Shown one piece after another: positions 48,735 to 58,764 of a DNA stretch of 64,000 nt. The stretch's first letter is position 1, and each line of letters opens with the position of its first letter. Under the pieces are notes generated by a model. The model made no database searches. It saw nothing but the letters and a program-made list of their open reading frames with translations, and had not been told where the DNA came from. This DNA is from Candidatus Pacearchaeota archaeon CG10_big_fil_rev_8_21_14_0_10_34_76 (GTDB taxonomy: Archaea; Nanobdellota; Nanobdellia; Pacearchaeales; GW2011-AR1). A program made the translations under genes and the position numbers. Location: contig PFDB01000015.1 of assembly GCA_002763075.1 (NCBI GenBank), positions 5,747-69,746 of the forward strand, written 5' to 3'.

Positions 48735-50068
48735 TTTAATACTAGGTTTTTTCCATTTTCCATTATATGGACGTTGTAGTTTTTCTTGTACCCCATCTCA
48801 ACTGCAAGATCCAGTCCTGCCTTTAATTTTGGAAAGTCTCCATGTGATGGAATGACATGTTCTGGATTTGTCAACTTAATCAGGTCCCTAAGGTCCTCTC
48901 TACCTCCATGTCCTGAAACATGCACATTGTCAAAAATTCTCACCTGGTTTTTCTTCAACCGCTTTTCTAGTTCTGCCCTATTTGCTTCATTGACTGCAAC
49001 GGGTATAGTTTTTGAAGAAAATATTATATGATCATCAGGAGAGAGTTCATAATTTAGTTGTTTTCGTGAGATTCTATCCAGGATAGATCCGGGTTCTCCT
49101 TGATGGCCTGTGCAAACAATAAGGAAATCTTTTTTTCTTTTATTTACTCTTTTTAATATTCTGTCTAACTGATTCCTATAAGTTGCAATTGTCACATCCT
49201 TAAGAAAGGGGGCTTTTCCAACCTTATCTGCAGCCATTGAATATTTATTGAGGCTTCTTCCAAGAAATACAATCTCCCTATTTAATCTGTTTCCAAAGTC
49301 TACTATAGATTTAAGCCTAGCTATGTGAGATGAGAATGTTGTAATAACTATCCCGGAATTTGCATTATCAGTTGTAAATAATACGTCTTCTAACAATCCT
49401 CTAGCTATTTTTTCTGAAGGGGTTTTTCTATCATCTGGGGCATAGAGGCAGTCAACTACTAAGGCCTTTATCCCTATCTTTGACAATTCTTTTAATCTTT
49501 TATAATTCGGCTTGTCCCCTAAAACTGGAGCGTTATCAAATTTGTAATCATTTGCATATAAAATAACTCCATCAGGAGTATGGACTGCAATCATTGCGGA
49601 TTGGATTGTTGAATGAGTTATATTAACAAACTCTACCTTGTAATTTTTCTTTCCCTTGACGGTATAAGAACCATTTGGATTGACAGATATTATCTTATTG
49701 TTTATAGATTGATTATTATCTTTCATTAAGCTTCTTAGAACTTCCATTGTGAATGGAGTTCCTAAAACTGGAGCATCATATTTAGGTACGACATATTGCA
49801 CTCCTCCTACATGGTCTAGATGAGCATGAGAGATCATGAAAGATCTCACCTTACTTTGGAGGCCCTTTGATTGAAGATATAAGTCGTTGGGAAGTGCGCC
49901 AAGAGACCTCATTCCTTTCTCTGTAGGAATTTTTTCTCTTTCTTGTACTCCAACTATTGCTGGAAGATAGAAACCTGCATCAAAAACAAGCACGTCATCA
50001 CCTGTTTCCAAGGCAGTCATGTTCTTCCCAACCTCATTGTAACCACCTATTGTATGTAACTTAATCAT
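48731..50068 (-). CDS. rnj: Archaeal RNase J
   Basis: GGYNEVGKNM, SHAHLDH, TGHQGEP, HVSGH, PSHG. Confidence 0.95.
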   Translation of the reverse strand: MIKLHTIGGYNEVGKNMTALETGDDVLVFDAGFYLPAIVGVQEREKIPTEKGMRSLGALPNDLYLQSKGLQSKVRSFMISHAHLDHVGGVQYVVPKYDAPVLGTPFTMEVLRSLMKDNNQSINNKIISVNPNGSYTVKGKKNYKVEFVNITHSTIQSAMIAVHTPDGVILYANDYKFDNAPVLGDKPNYKRLKELSKIGIKALVVDCLYAPDDRKTPSEKIARGLLEDVLFTTDNANSGIVITTFSSHIARLKSIVDFGNRLNREIVFLGRSLNKYSMAADKVGKAPFLKDVTIATYRNQLDRILKRVNKRKKDFLIVCTGHQGEPGSILDRISRKQLNYELSPDDHIIFSSKTIPVAVNEANRAELEKRLKKNQVRIFDNVHVSGHGGREDLRDLIKLTNPEHVIPSHGDFPKLKAGLDLAVEMGYKKNYNVHIMENGKNLVLK

Positions 50069-50139
50069 GAAAGATGAAAGTTTTGAGGGTTTTTATAGTT
50101 TTCAGCAAATTATAAAAACAAGTTTTTACTTGCATAAGG

Positions 50140-50982
50140 ATGAACCATCATGTTAAGCATTTAAAGAGGCATAGAAATGTTCTTTATGGGATAGTTGTTG
50201 TACTTTTAATCTTACAGATCATGACTTTTGTCTTTAACAGTTCGCAAACTGGTAAAATAATTTCTCAACAAGATAGTTTGAGGAATGATCTCGATTCTAA
50301 TGTGGATGAAATCAAGATAGAGTCACAGTCCAATTTAGAAGAACTTATTAAAATTATATCTCAGCAAAAAACTGATTTTCAGAGCGAGATTAATTTATTA
50401 AAGGCGAGTCAGGCAGATTTTTCAGGGATAATTGATCAGATGGTAAGGGGTGTTGTGAACATAAGAACTGAAAAATCTGTAGGTACTGGATTTATTGTAA
50501 GTCCTTCAGGGTATATCATAACAAATCACCATGTTATAGATGGTTCAAACATTTTGAGAGTATCTACATTTTCAGGAGATGAATATGTGGCTAGTGTTGT
50601 TGGGGTAGATCCATTGAATGATCTTGCGTTATTAAAAATTCCTGGATTGTTTGATTTCTTGGAATTTGCAGACTCTTCAAATATCCAAACTGGTGAAAAA
50701 GTTATAGCAATAGGAAATCCACTTGGCCTTTCGTTTACTGTAACTGAGGGCATTGTTTCTGCAGTCAATAGAGAAGGCCCTAATGGCCTTGATTCATATA
50801 TCCAGACAGATGTTACACTTAATCCTGGAAACTCGGGAGGTCCTTTGATAAATAAGGAGGGTAAGGTCATTGGAGTCAACAATTTTAAGATAGGTGGGGC
50901 AGAAAGTCTTGGATTTGCTCTTGAAAGTAATGTAGTAAAAACTAAAATTGAAGAATTTTTGGCTCAGCAGGTAATCTCATAA
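50140..50982 (+). CDS. HtrA/DegP-like trypsin serine protease lacking PDZ
   Basis: TNHHV, DLALL, GNSGGPL; N-terminal TM and coiled coil. Confidence 0.92.
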   Translation: MNHHVKHLKRHRNVLYGIVVVLLILQIMTFVFNSSQTGKIISQQDSLRNDLDSNVDEIKIESQSNLEELIKIISQQKTDFQSEINLLKASQADFSGIIDQMVRGVVNIRTEKSVGTGFIVSPSGYIITNHHVIDGSNILRVSTFSGDEYVASVVGVDPLNDLALLKIPGLFDFLEFADSSNIQTGEKVIAIGNPLGLSFTVTEGIVSAVNREGPNGLDSYIQTDVTLNPGNSGGPLINKEGKVIGVNNFKIGGAESLGFALESNVVKTKIEEFLAQQVIS

Positions 50983-50983
50983 T

Positions 50984-51253
50984 ATGCTAAAAACAAAACC
51001 ATCTGCAAGAATAAAAAGAAGATACATTCTTTTGCAAGGAAAAAAAGATTCCATAGAAAAATCTATCATCGATTATGTTGGGATTCTTGGATGGGCTAAA
51101 GCAGCACCCGTGTTTGTTAAGAATAGAAAAAACCAGACAATACTTGCAGTAAATAGGGAGGAGATTGATAAAGTAATTGGATCTTTCGCGGTCTTTGCTG
51201 ATGAAATCAAAGTATTGAGAGTTTCAGGAACATTAAAAGGCTTGGAGAAATGA
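50984..51253 (+). CDS. RNase P protein Pop5/Rpp14 homolog
   Basis: PSAR.KRRY, VSGTLK; upstream of psmA as in the exosome superoperon. Confidence 0.8.
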   Translation: MLKTKPSARIKRRYILLQGKKDSIEKSIIDYVGILGWAKAAPVFVKNRKNQTILAVNREEIDKVIGSFAVFADEIKVLRVSGTLKGLEK

Positions 51254-51630
51254 AAAGAAATTTCTGGACTATGTCTATTGCAATAATCTTGTTGTTCATT
51301 ATTGGAATTTACATCTCTCCTAAAACTCCTATTGTGTGCACTGCAGATGCTAAAATATGTCCAGATGGAAGCAGTATTGTGAGGAATCCAAACCTTAATT
51401 GTGAATTTGATCCATGTCCTGAAATCGAAGACAAGAATTACTGCAATCCGGAAAGCCGAAATGTACAGGCATGCGATGAAATGTATGCGCCAGTCTGTGG
51501 ATGGTTTAAGGGAGAAGAAATCCAATGTATCAAATATCCTTGTGCTCAAACTTATAGTAATGGTTGTGGGGCATGCCTTGATAGAAATGTCGATTATTGG
51601 ACAGATGGAATTTGTCCGGACGAAGCGTAA
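51250..51630 (+). CDS. Membrane-anchored Cys-rich protein with Kazal-like domain
   Basis: CTADAKICPDGS...CP; CDEMYAPVCG...TYSNGCGAC. Confidence 0.7.
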   Translation: MKRNFWTMSIAIILLFIIGIYISPKTPIVCTADAKICPDGSSIVRNPNLNCEFDPCPEIEDKNYCNPESRNVQACDEMYAPVCGWFKGEEIQCIKYPCAQTYSNGCGACLDRNVDYWTDGICPDEA

Positions 51631-51691
51631 ACCTTAAAAACCTCACAATGCAAGGGTTTATATCTAAAAAGGAGTTTTAAGAAATATTAAC

Positions 51692-52417
51692 ATGGACATT
51701 CCTATGGAAATGCAGCATCAGGCAATGGGTTACGACAGAGTTGCAACTATGTTTTCTCCAGATGGGCATCTATTGCAGGTTGAATATGCAGAAAAAACAG
51801 TGAGATTAGGAAGCAGCAGTATCGGAATGGTGTGTAAGGATGGAGTTGTACTTGTGGCAGATAAAAGAATAAGGGACAACCTTATATCCTCTGAATCTGC
51901 AAATAAAGTTTTTGAAATAGATTCTCATGTTATGGCCAGCGCGGCTGGAATGTTATCTGATGCTAGGATTCTTATTGATAATGCTCAGGTATTGGCGCAG
52001 CAGAATAGGGTCACATATGATTCTCCAATTGAGCCAATTAGCGTCATAAGAATGATTGCAGATAAAAAACAAATGTCCACACAATACGGGGGATTAAGAT
52101 TGTTTGGAGTAGGATTAATGGTAGCTGGAGTTAATAAGGGAAAAGCAAGTTTATACACCTCTGATGTTACTGGAAATTATTTTGCTTATAGGGCAAATGC
52201 AATTGGAGAAAATGATGAACAAATTAAGGAATCATTGAGAACTGAATTCCAAGATGAAATGAACATAGAAGATGGAATAAAACTTGCTATGAAAATATTC
52301 AAAAAAATACTTGGAAAGAATTTTGAGATTGATAGGTTTGATGTGGGTTATATAAAAAGTCAAGATCAGAAGATAGTTAGAGTACAGGGCGACAACCTGA
52401 AAAAATATGCTAAATAA
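51692..52417 (+). CDS. psmA: Proteasome alpha subunit
   Basis: GYDRVATMFSPDGHLLQVEYA. Confidence 0.96.
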   Translation: MDIPMEMQHQAMGYDRVATMFSPDGHLLQVEYAEKTVRLGSSSIGMVCKDGVVLVADKRIRDNLISSESANKVFEIDSHVMASAAGMLSDARILIDNAQVLAQQNRVTYDSPIEPISVIRMIADKKQMSTQYGGLRLFGVGLMVAGVNKGKASLYTSDVTGNYFAYRANAIGENDEQIKESLRTEFQDEMNIEDGIKLAMKIFKKILGKNFEIDRFDVGYIKSQDQKIVRVQGDNLKKYAK

Positions 52418-52458
52418 TTCTCTATTAATTATAAACACTAGTTGGGGTTGCTGAATTT

Positions 52459-53517
52459 ATGAAAGAAAGATTTGAAAGGTATAAGAAGCTCATAATAAGT
52501 GAGCTTGAAGATTTTTTTTCGGAAAAATATACTGGCAATAATAGTATCAATGAATGGGGTCCTGATTTAGCAGCACGATTAAAAGACTTCGTTTCTACTG
52601 GAAAAATGATAAGAGGATGTTTTGTATTGGCCTCATATGATATGTTCAAAGGACGAATTGATTCTGAAGCAATAAAGGTTGCAAGTGCTATCGAACTTCT
52701 TCATTCTGCTTTGCTCATCCATGATGATGTAATTGACAAGGACGAATTGAGAAGAGGCAAAAAAACAATCTTTTCACAATATGAGGATATAGGAAAAAAG
52801 GAAGTATTTCCAGAGTCAAGACATTTTGGATACAGCATGGCAATTTGTGCAGGAGATATATGCATAGCGCATGTTTTTGGGATATTAGGAAATTTGAATG
52901 TTGAGAGTGATAAGAAAAAAAGAGTGATAAGTCTTTTCTCTGATGGACTTGATTGGACTGGTCTTGCTGAAATGGACGATGTTTATCTGGGATTTACAAA
53001 GAAGGATCCTGAAGAAGAAAGGATAATGAATGTTTATCAGTATAAAACTGCAAAATACACCTATTCTGTGCCGATGATGGCTGGGGCTATTTTAGCTGGA
53101 GCAGATGATGAGACAATAAACCTTATTGATGAACTTGGTGGAAAAATTGGAATAATATTTCAAATAAAAGATGACGAACTTGGAATATTTGGAGATGAAG
53201 AGGAAATAGGAAAGCCTGTTGGATCAGATATTGCTGAGAACAAGAAAACTCTGTTTAGACTTCTTCTATTTGAAAGTGCTTCTGATAAAGAAAAAGAGGA
53301 ACTGGAGAATATTTTTGGAAAAAAAGAGATTGGTAAAGAAGAAGTGAATTATGTTAGAGGACTTATTGAGAAGAATAAAATTTTAGATGAGACCTCTAGA
53401 AGAATTGATTCTCTTGATGCAGATGCAAAGAGGATACTTCATGAACTTAAGATAGATAAAGAATCAAAGGATTTCTTTAGGGAATTCATGGATTATAATA
53501 TCCATAGGAAAAAGTAA
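52459..53517 (+). CDS. Polyprenyl diphosphate synthase
   Basis: HDDVIDKDELRRG, YKTAKY, FQIKDD. Confidence 0.92.
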   Translation: MKERFERYKKLIISELEDFFSEKYTGNNSINEWGPDLAARLKDFVSTGKMIRGCFVLASYDMFKGRIDSEAIKVASAIELLHSALLIHDDVIDKDELRRGKKTIFSQYEDIGKKEVFPESRHFGYSMAICAGDICIAHVFGILGNLNVESDKKKRVISLFSDGLDWTGLAEMDDVYLGFTKKDPEEERIMNVYQYKTAKYTYSVPMMAGAILAGADDETINLIDELGGKIGIIFQIKDDELGIFGDEEEIGKPVGSDIAENKKTLFRLLLFESASDKEKEELENIFGKKEIGKEEVNYVRGLIEKNKILDETSRRIDSLDADAKRILHELKIDKESKDFFREFMDYNIHRKK

Positions 53518-53558
53518 TTTGACATTAAATTTATAAAATCATTATTGTTGAGTAAAAC

Positions 53559-54230
53559 ATGACAATAGTTGTTGCGAGAATAAAAGCTAAGGGTAATCAT
53601 TTTGAGATTTCCGTGGATTTTGATGAAGCAATGAAAGTGAGAAAGGGCGAGGGAGATATCACCAAGGCTCTTAATTCAAATGGAATTTATAAAGATGTCA
53701 ATAAAGGAACGGCGCCTTCTAATAGTGATTTAATGGATGCATTTGGGACTACAGACTTGTATGAGATTGCTAAAGAGATAATAATCAAAGGGGAAGTGCA
53801 AAAGCCACAGGAATTTAGAGATGCTGAAAGGGAAGCAAAGGTCAAACAAGTAATCAACCTTATACTGAGAAATGCAGTGGACCAGCATGGCAGGCCATAT
53901 ACTGAAGAGAGAATAAGAAGGGCTGTAGATGAGGCGCATTATAGCTTTGACAATAAGCCTGTTGAAGTCCAAATGCAGGCTCTTGTTCACAGGCTGAAAG
54001 AAGTGATACCTATCAGGATTGAGACTAAAAAATTGAGATTGACGATCCCTGCAAGATTTACGGGACAGGCTTATGGGCTTGTTGGAGATTATAAAGAAAA
54101 AGAAGAATGGTTGTCTAATGGAGATTTACAAGTTGTGATAAACATTCCAGCAGGTATGCAAATGGATTTCTTTGAAAAATTGAATTCTGTGACACATGGA
54201 GCCTTACAGAGTGAAGAAATAAAAGAGTAG
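53559..54230 (+). CDS. Ribosome maturation factor SBDS/Sdo1
   Basis: ARI..KG.HFEI, AFGTTD, IIIKGEVQ, IPAGMQ. Confidence 0.93.
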   Translation: MTIVVARIKAKGNHFEISVDFDEAMKVRKGEGDITKALNSNGIYKDVNKGTAPSNSDLMDAFGTTDLYEIAKEIIIKGEVQKPQEFRDAEREAKVKQVINLILRNAVDQHGRPYTEERIRRAVDEAHYSFDNKPVEVQMQALVHRLKEVIPIRIETKKLRLTIPARFTGQAYGLVGDYKEKEEWLSNGDLQVVINIPAGMQMDFFEKLNSVTHGALQSEEIKE

Positions 54231-54234
54231 AAAC

Positions 54235-54819
54235 ATGATTCTTGAGACAAAAAGACTTATCCTACGTCCGCCTAAAAAAAGTGATTGGAAAGATATAGTT
54301 GAGGGAGCTGGGAATATAGAGGTCAGCAAGAATCTTTCTCTTGTTCCTCACCCATATACTAAAAAAGATGCCCAAAAATGGATAAAGGGAACGATTAAAA
54401 AATGGAAAAAGAAAGATAAGAAAGACATTACATTTTTTATCGAACTTAAATCAGAAAGAAAGATTATTGGTGTGACTTCAATACATAATATAGATATGAA
54501 AGATAAAAAGGCTACGACTGGCTCATGGCTAAATAAAAAATATTGGAGAAAGGGTTATATGACTGAGGCAAAAATTCCGGTATTGGATTTTGCTTTCAAC
54601 AAGATTGGGTTGAAAAAGATAGAAACAGAAGCTTTTGTTGAAAATATATCGTCGAATGGGATGTCTAAAAAACTTGGGTTCAAAAAAGAAGGGCTACTAA
54701 GGAAAACAACCGTCTCCAAGGCAACAGGAAAAGTGCATGATGCAAATACATATGGTTTGATGAAAGAGGAGTGGGTCCAGACTAGAACCAGACTTATTAA
54801 AGAGCTCCTGAAAAAGTGA
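54235..54819 (+). CDS. GNAT acetyltransferase (RimJ/RimL-like)
   Basis: LETKRLILRP, YWRKGYMTEA, NISS...KKLGF..EG. Confidence 0.9.
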   Translation: MILETKRLILRPPKKSDWKDIVEGAGNIEVSKNLSLVPHPYTKKDAQKWIKGTIKKWKKKDKKDITFFIELKSERKIIGVTSIHNIDMKDKKATTGSWLNKKYWRKGYMTEAKIPVLDFAFNKIGLKKIETEAFVENISSNGMSKKLGFKKEGLLRKTTVSKATGKVHDANTYGLMKEEWVQTRTRLIKELLKK

Positions 54820-54941
54820 GTATATCTGGATTTTGATAATTCGGGAAACATTTAAAAAGTCAATATTTCTTTAGAATTCAATAAAGAATACACTAGGGAC
54901 CTTGATTACGATTACCCCTTAAAATGTATTATTAAGATTAA

Positions 54942-55649
54942 ATGGAAAACGAGATTAGTGAAGTACAAGAAACCAGTGAGGCTATTCCTGAGACTAAAAG
55001 GGAAATAGTTATACCTGGAGAGATTATTGTTTCTGGTGATGATTACCTTCCAGGTGAAGGTGTTAGAAGAGAGGGTGATAATATTGTTGCTAGTAAGTTT
55101 GGTTTGGCTGAACAGATAGGAAGAGTTGTAAAAATCATATCTGTCACTGGGAGCTATGTACCAAGAAGGAATAATGTTATTTTAGGAAGAATTACTGATG
55201 TTTTGCACAATGGATGGCTTTTAGATATTGATGCTGCTTCGTCTGCATTTTTACCTGTAGCAGAAGTTCCAAGATACATTAACCAGCATGAAATGAGCCA
55301 ATTCCTTGCTATAGGAGATATTGTTTCTGCAAAAATATGGTCTATAAAGGGAAGGGGGATTGATCTTGCTATGAAAGGACGAGGACTTGGAAAGGTTGAA
55401 GGTGGTTTCATTTTCAGAATTCAGCCAAGCAGGGTCCCAAGAGTTATTGGAAGAGAAGGAAGCATGATAACATTGATAAAAGAAGATACAGGATGTAATA
55501 TTACAGTTGGACAGAATGGATGGATATGGATTAAGGGAGAATCTATAGATCAAGAATTAAGAGCTAGAAAGGCAATTGAGTATATAGCTGATAAAGTAAA
55601 TGTTGGAGGACTGACTGAGCATATGGAAGCTTGGTTCAAAGATAATTAA
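54942..55649 (+). CDS. rrp4: Exosome subunit Rrp4
   Basis: VIPGE, S1 domain, KH PSRVPRVIGREGSM, GQNGWIW. Confidence 0.95.
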   Translation: MENEISEVQETSEAIPETKREIVIPGEIIVSGDDYLPGEGVRREGDNIVASKFGLAEQIGRVVKIISVTGSYVPRRNNVILGRITDVLHNGWLLDIDAASSAFLPVAEVPRYINQHEMSQFLAIGDIVSAKIWSIKGRGIDLAMKGRGLGKVEGGFIFRIQPSRVPRVIGREGSMITLIKEDTGCNITVGQNGWIWIKGESIDQELRARKAIEYIADKVNVGGLTEHMEAWFKDN

Positions 55650-55650
55650 T

Positions 55651-56352
55651 ATGGTAAAAAGACATGATGGAAGAGCTGCTGATGAAATGAGGCCTATGGT
55701 TGCTAAAGTTGGAATAATTCCTAATGCTGATGGAAGCGCAATGTTTTCATTTGGAAAAACTATTGCAATAGCCGCAGTCTATGGACCAAGGACATTGCAT
55801 CCACAACATATGCAGAATCCAGCTACAGGAATTTTGAGAGTGAATTATGACCTTCTTAGTTTCTCTGTTGCTGATAGAAAGAAACCTGGCCCATCTAGAA
55901 GAAGCAAGGAAATCTCAAAAGTTACTGAATGGGCATTAGCTCCAGTGCTTAATCTTGAAGAATTTCCAAATACTGTTGTTGATGTTGAAATATATATTCT
56001 TCAAGCAGATGCTAGTACAAGGGTTGCTGGAATTAACGCTGCTGCAATGGCCCTTGCACATGCAGGGCTTCCTATGAAAGATTTAGTTACTGCTGTGGCT
56101 GTTGGCAAAATCGATAAGGAATTGATTGTTGATGTTGATAAAGAAGAAGAAGATTTTAGAGAGGGCGAGGGTGCAACTGATTTTCCACTTGCAAAGGTCT
56201 CAACAAAAGACGAATTTACACTTTTACAGCTTGATGGAAAAATACAACCAGATCTTATTCCAAAAGCTCTGGATATGGCAACAAAGGCCTGTGAAAAGAT
56301 ATATGAATTGCAGAAAGCTGCTCTGAAGGAATCCATCGGAGGTAATAAATAA
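55651..56352 (+). CDS. rrp41: Exosome exonuclease Rrp41
   Basis: RHDGR..DEMRP, ADGSA, VYGPR, ILQADASTR. Confidence 0.95.
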   Translation: MVKRHDGRAADEMRPMVAKVGIIPNADGSAMFSFGKTIAIAAVYGPRTLHPQHMQNPATGILRVNYDLLSFSVADRKKPGPSRRSKEISKVTEWALAPVLNLEEFPNTVVDVEIYILQADASTRVAGINAAAMALAHAGLPMKDLVTAVAVGKIDKELIVDVDKEEEDFREGEGATDFPLAKVSTKDEFTLLQLDGKIQPDLIPKALDMATKACEKIYELQKAALKESIGGNK

Positions 56353-56353
56353 A

Positions 56354-57187
56354 ATGAGTGCAATGAATGTTTCAAACTTAACAAAGGAATATCTTGTTAA
56401 ATTATTTGCTGAGAACAAGAGATTTGATGGAAGAAAGAATTTTGATTTAAAGGATTTTCAGGTTGAATATGGAGTTTCTAATAAGGCAGAAGGAAGTGCT
56501 AGAGTAAAGCTTGGAAAAACAGAAGTTGTTGTTGGAATCAAATTGCAAACTGGAGAACCTTATCCTGATTCCCCTAATGCTGGAAATCTAATGGTCTCTG
56601 GAGATCTTCTACCTTTGGCTTCACCAAGATTTGAATCAGGGCCTCCTAAATTTGATGCTATTGAAATGCCAAGACTTATTGATAGGATGCTTAGAGAAAG
56701 TGGGTTTATAGATCTGAAAAAACTTGTCATAGAAGAAGGCAAAAATGTTTGGACGGTAATAGTTGATATCTATCCAATTAATGATGATGGAGCATTGATA
56801 GATGCTGCTAGTATTGCGTCTGTTGCTGCACTAAGAAATGCTAAGTTCCCAGGATTACATGAAAATGGAAAAGTTGACTTTGACAAAAAGACTGAAGAAA
56901 GACTTCCACTTGCAGAAGAAGTTATTCCTTTGTCTTTCACGTTCTTCAAATTGAGGGATTCAATTATCCTCCATCCAACAAGAGAAGAAGAGGAAGCATG
57001 CGAAGCTAAGGTTACATTTGGAGTTTCTTACTGGAAAGGCCAATATATGGTAAATTCATGTCAGAAGGGAATGAAAGTCCCATTTACAAGAGATGAGCTT
57101 GAGACAATTTCAAAGATGCTTCCAGAGAAACATGAAGAAATAGTAAAGACCTTGAGAACTAAACTTGATGAAAATCAAAAAGCTTAA
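56354..57187 (+). CDS. rrp42: Exosome subunit Rrp42
   Basis: RFDGR, AEGSARVKLGKT, FESGPP, NDDG. Confidence 0.95.
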   Translation: MSAMNVSNLTKEYLVKLFAENKRFDGRKNFDLKDFQVEYGVSNKAEGSARVKLGKTEVVVGIKLQTGEPYPDSPNAGNLMVSGDLLPLASPRFESGPPKFDAIEMPRLIDRMLRESGFIDLKKLVIEEGKNVWTVIVDIYPINDDGALIDAASIASVAALRNAKFPGLHENGKVDFDKKTEERLPLAEEVIPLSFTFFKLRDSIILHPTREEEEACEAKVTFGVSYWKGQYMVNSCQKGMKVPFTRDELETISKMLPEKHEEIVKTLRTKLDENQKA

Positions 57188-57205
57188 TAAGCTTCTAAAA
57201 CGAGT

Positions 57206-57586
57206 ATGAATATGATAAAGCAGGAATATACAAGATATGAGGTTGCGAGGATTATTGGAGCAAGAGCCCTGCAAATATCAATGGATGCCCCATTATTAAT
57301 TAACCTCTCTGAGAAGGAACTTGAAGAAATAAATTATGATCCTATCAAAATTGCAGATAAAGAATTTGAAGCAGGTGCATTACCTATAACTGTGCATAGG
57401 CCAATTCCTAAGAAAAGAGAAGTTAAACTTCCGATAGTGAAAGAAGATAAGATTGACGATGCAAAAATTATTGCTAAGGAAAAGGAAGTTGAGAGCGAAA
57501 TAACTGAAAAGGCTGAAGAAATGGGCTTTGCCCAAGAAGATGATATTGAAGATTTCGGTGGCGATGGGTCTGAAGAAGAAGATTGA
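57206..57586 (+). CDS. rpoK: RNA polymerase subunit K (Rpo6) with acidic tail
   Basis: [22 protein letters not shown]. Confidence 0.95.
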   Translation: MNMIKQEYTRYEVARIIGARALQISMDAPLLINLSEKELEEINYDPIKIADKEFEAGALPITVHRPIPKKREVKLPIVKEDKIDDAKIIAKEKEVESEITEKAEEMGFAQEDDIEDFGGDGSEEED

Positions 57587-57619
57587 TAAGTTTATTAATT
57601 CTAAAAACTTTCTAGGAGC

Positions 57620-58753
57620 ATGATCATAAAGAGTGTGAAGGCTTGGGCTATCAAGGATTCTAGGAATGAAACTACTATTGAGGTTTCTGTCAATGGATGC
57701 AAGGCAAGTTCCCCTTCAGGAAAATCTACCGGAAAATATGAAAGCAAGCCATATCATAAAAATATTGAATGGAATCTTAAATTTCTTAATTCTTGGAATG
57801 AATTAATAGAAGTCTCTGCATTTGACGATCTTAAAAAAATTGAAAAATTTATAGTGAAGAAAGCTGGACTGAAAGATGCAAAAGAATTTGGAGCTAATGC
57901 TCTTTTTGCATTTGAGTCTGCTATCTTAAAGGCACTGGCAAAAGAAGAGAGAAAGGAACTTTGGCAAGTTGTAAATGAAAAAGCAAAAAAATTCCCAACC
58001 CCTGTAGGGAATGTTATTGGGGGAGGATTACATAGTTCAAATAAAGACAGGCCTGAATTTCAGGAATTCTTACTTATTCCTGAAGGCAAAACTTTCAAAA
58101 AAAAATTTAAGATAATGCAGTCTGCTCATAAAGAGATTAAAAAGATAATCAAATCAAAAAAGAAGAATGATGAAGGAGCATGGGAAACCTCACTTTATAA
58201 TGAACAAGTCCTTGGAATATTAGAAGGGATTGATGATGTACAAATTGGGATAGATGTTGCATCTTCAAGTTTTTTCAAAAATGGAAAATACTCTTATGGA
58301 AAAAGAGTTCTTTCTAGAAGGCATCAAATAGATTATATCAATTCCCTTATTGAAAAATTTGGTGTGTTCTATCTTGAAGATCCACTTGATGAAGAAGATT
58401 TTTCAGGGTTTAGCATGGTAAAAAAAGAGGGGCTTGTCGTTGGTGACGACCTTACTGCAAGTCACCTAAGCAGAACAAAGAAGGCATTGAAAATGAAATC
58501 TATAAATGCCATGATAATCAAACCAAATCAAAATGGCTCTCTCCTTGAGATTTCTGAATTGTTTAAATTTTGCAAGAAGAATGGAGTAAAAACAGTGATG
58601 TCACATCGATCTGGAGAAACAATGGACAATGCTCTTGCAGATTATGCTTTTGCTTTTGGGGCTGATTTTATCAAAACAGGAGTCTCTACCAAATGGAGAG
58701 AAAGCAAATTGAAAAGAATGTGTGAGATAGAAAGGAAGGTTTCTAATAAATGA
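57620..58753 (+). CDS. eno: Enolase (shortened, divergent)
   Basis: DSR..TIEV, PSGKSTG, FQEFL, EDP, GDDL, IKPNQ, SHRSGET. Confidence 0.93.
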   Translation: MIIKSVKAWAIKDSRNETTIEVSVNGCKASSPSGKSTGKYESKPYHKNIEWNLKFLNSWNELIEVSAFDDLKKIEKFIVKKAGLKDAKEFGANALFAFESAILKALAKEERKELWQVVNEKAKKFPTPVGNVIGGGLHSSNKDRPEFQEFLLIPEGKTFKKKFKIMQSAHKEIKKIIKSKKKNDEGAWETSLYNEQVLGILEGIDDVQIGIDVASSSFFKNGKYSYGKRVLSRRHQIDYINSLIEKFGVFYLEDPLDEEDFSGFSMVKKEGLVVGDDLTASHLSRTKKALKMKSINAMIIKPNQNGSLLEISELFKFCKKNGVKTVMSHRSGETMDNALADYAFAFGADFIKTGVSTKWRESKLKRMCEIERKVSNK

Positions 58754-58764
58754 AAAAGATAATC

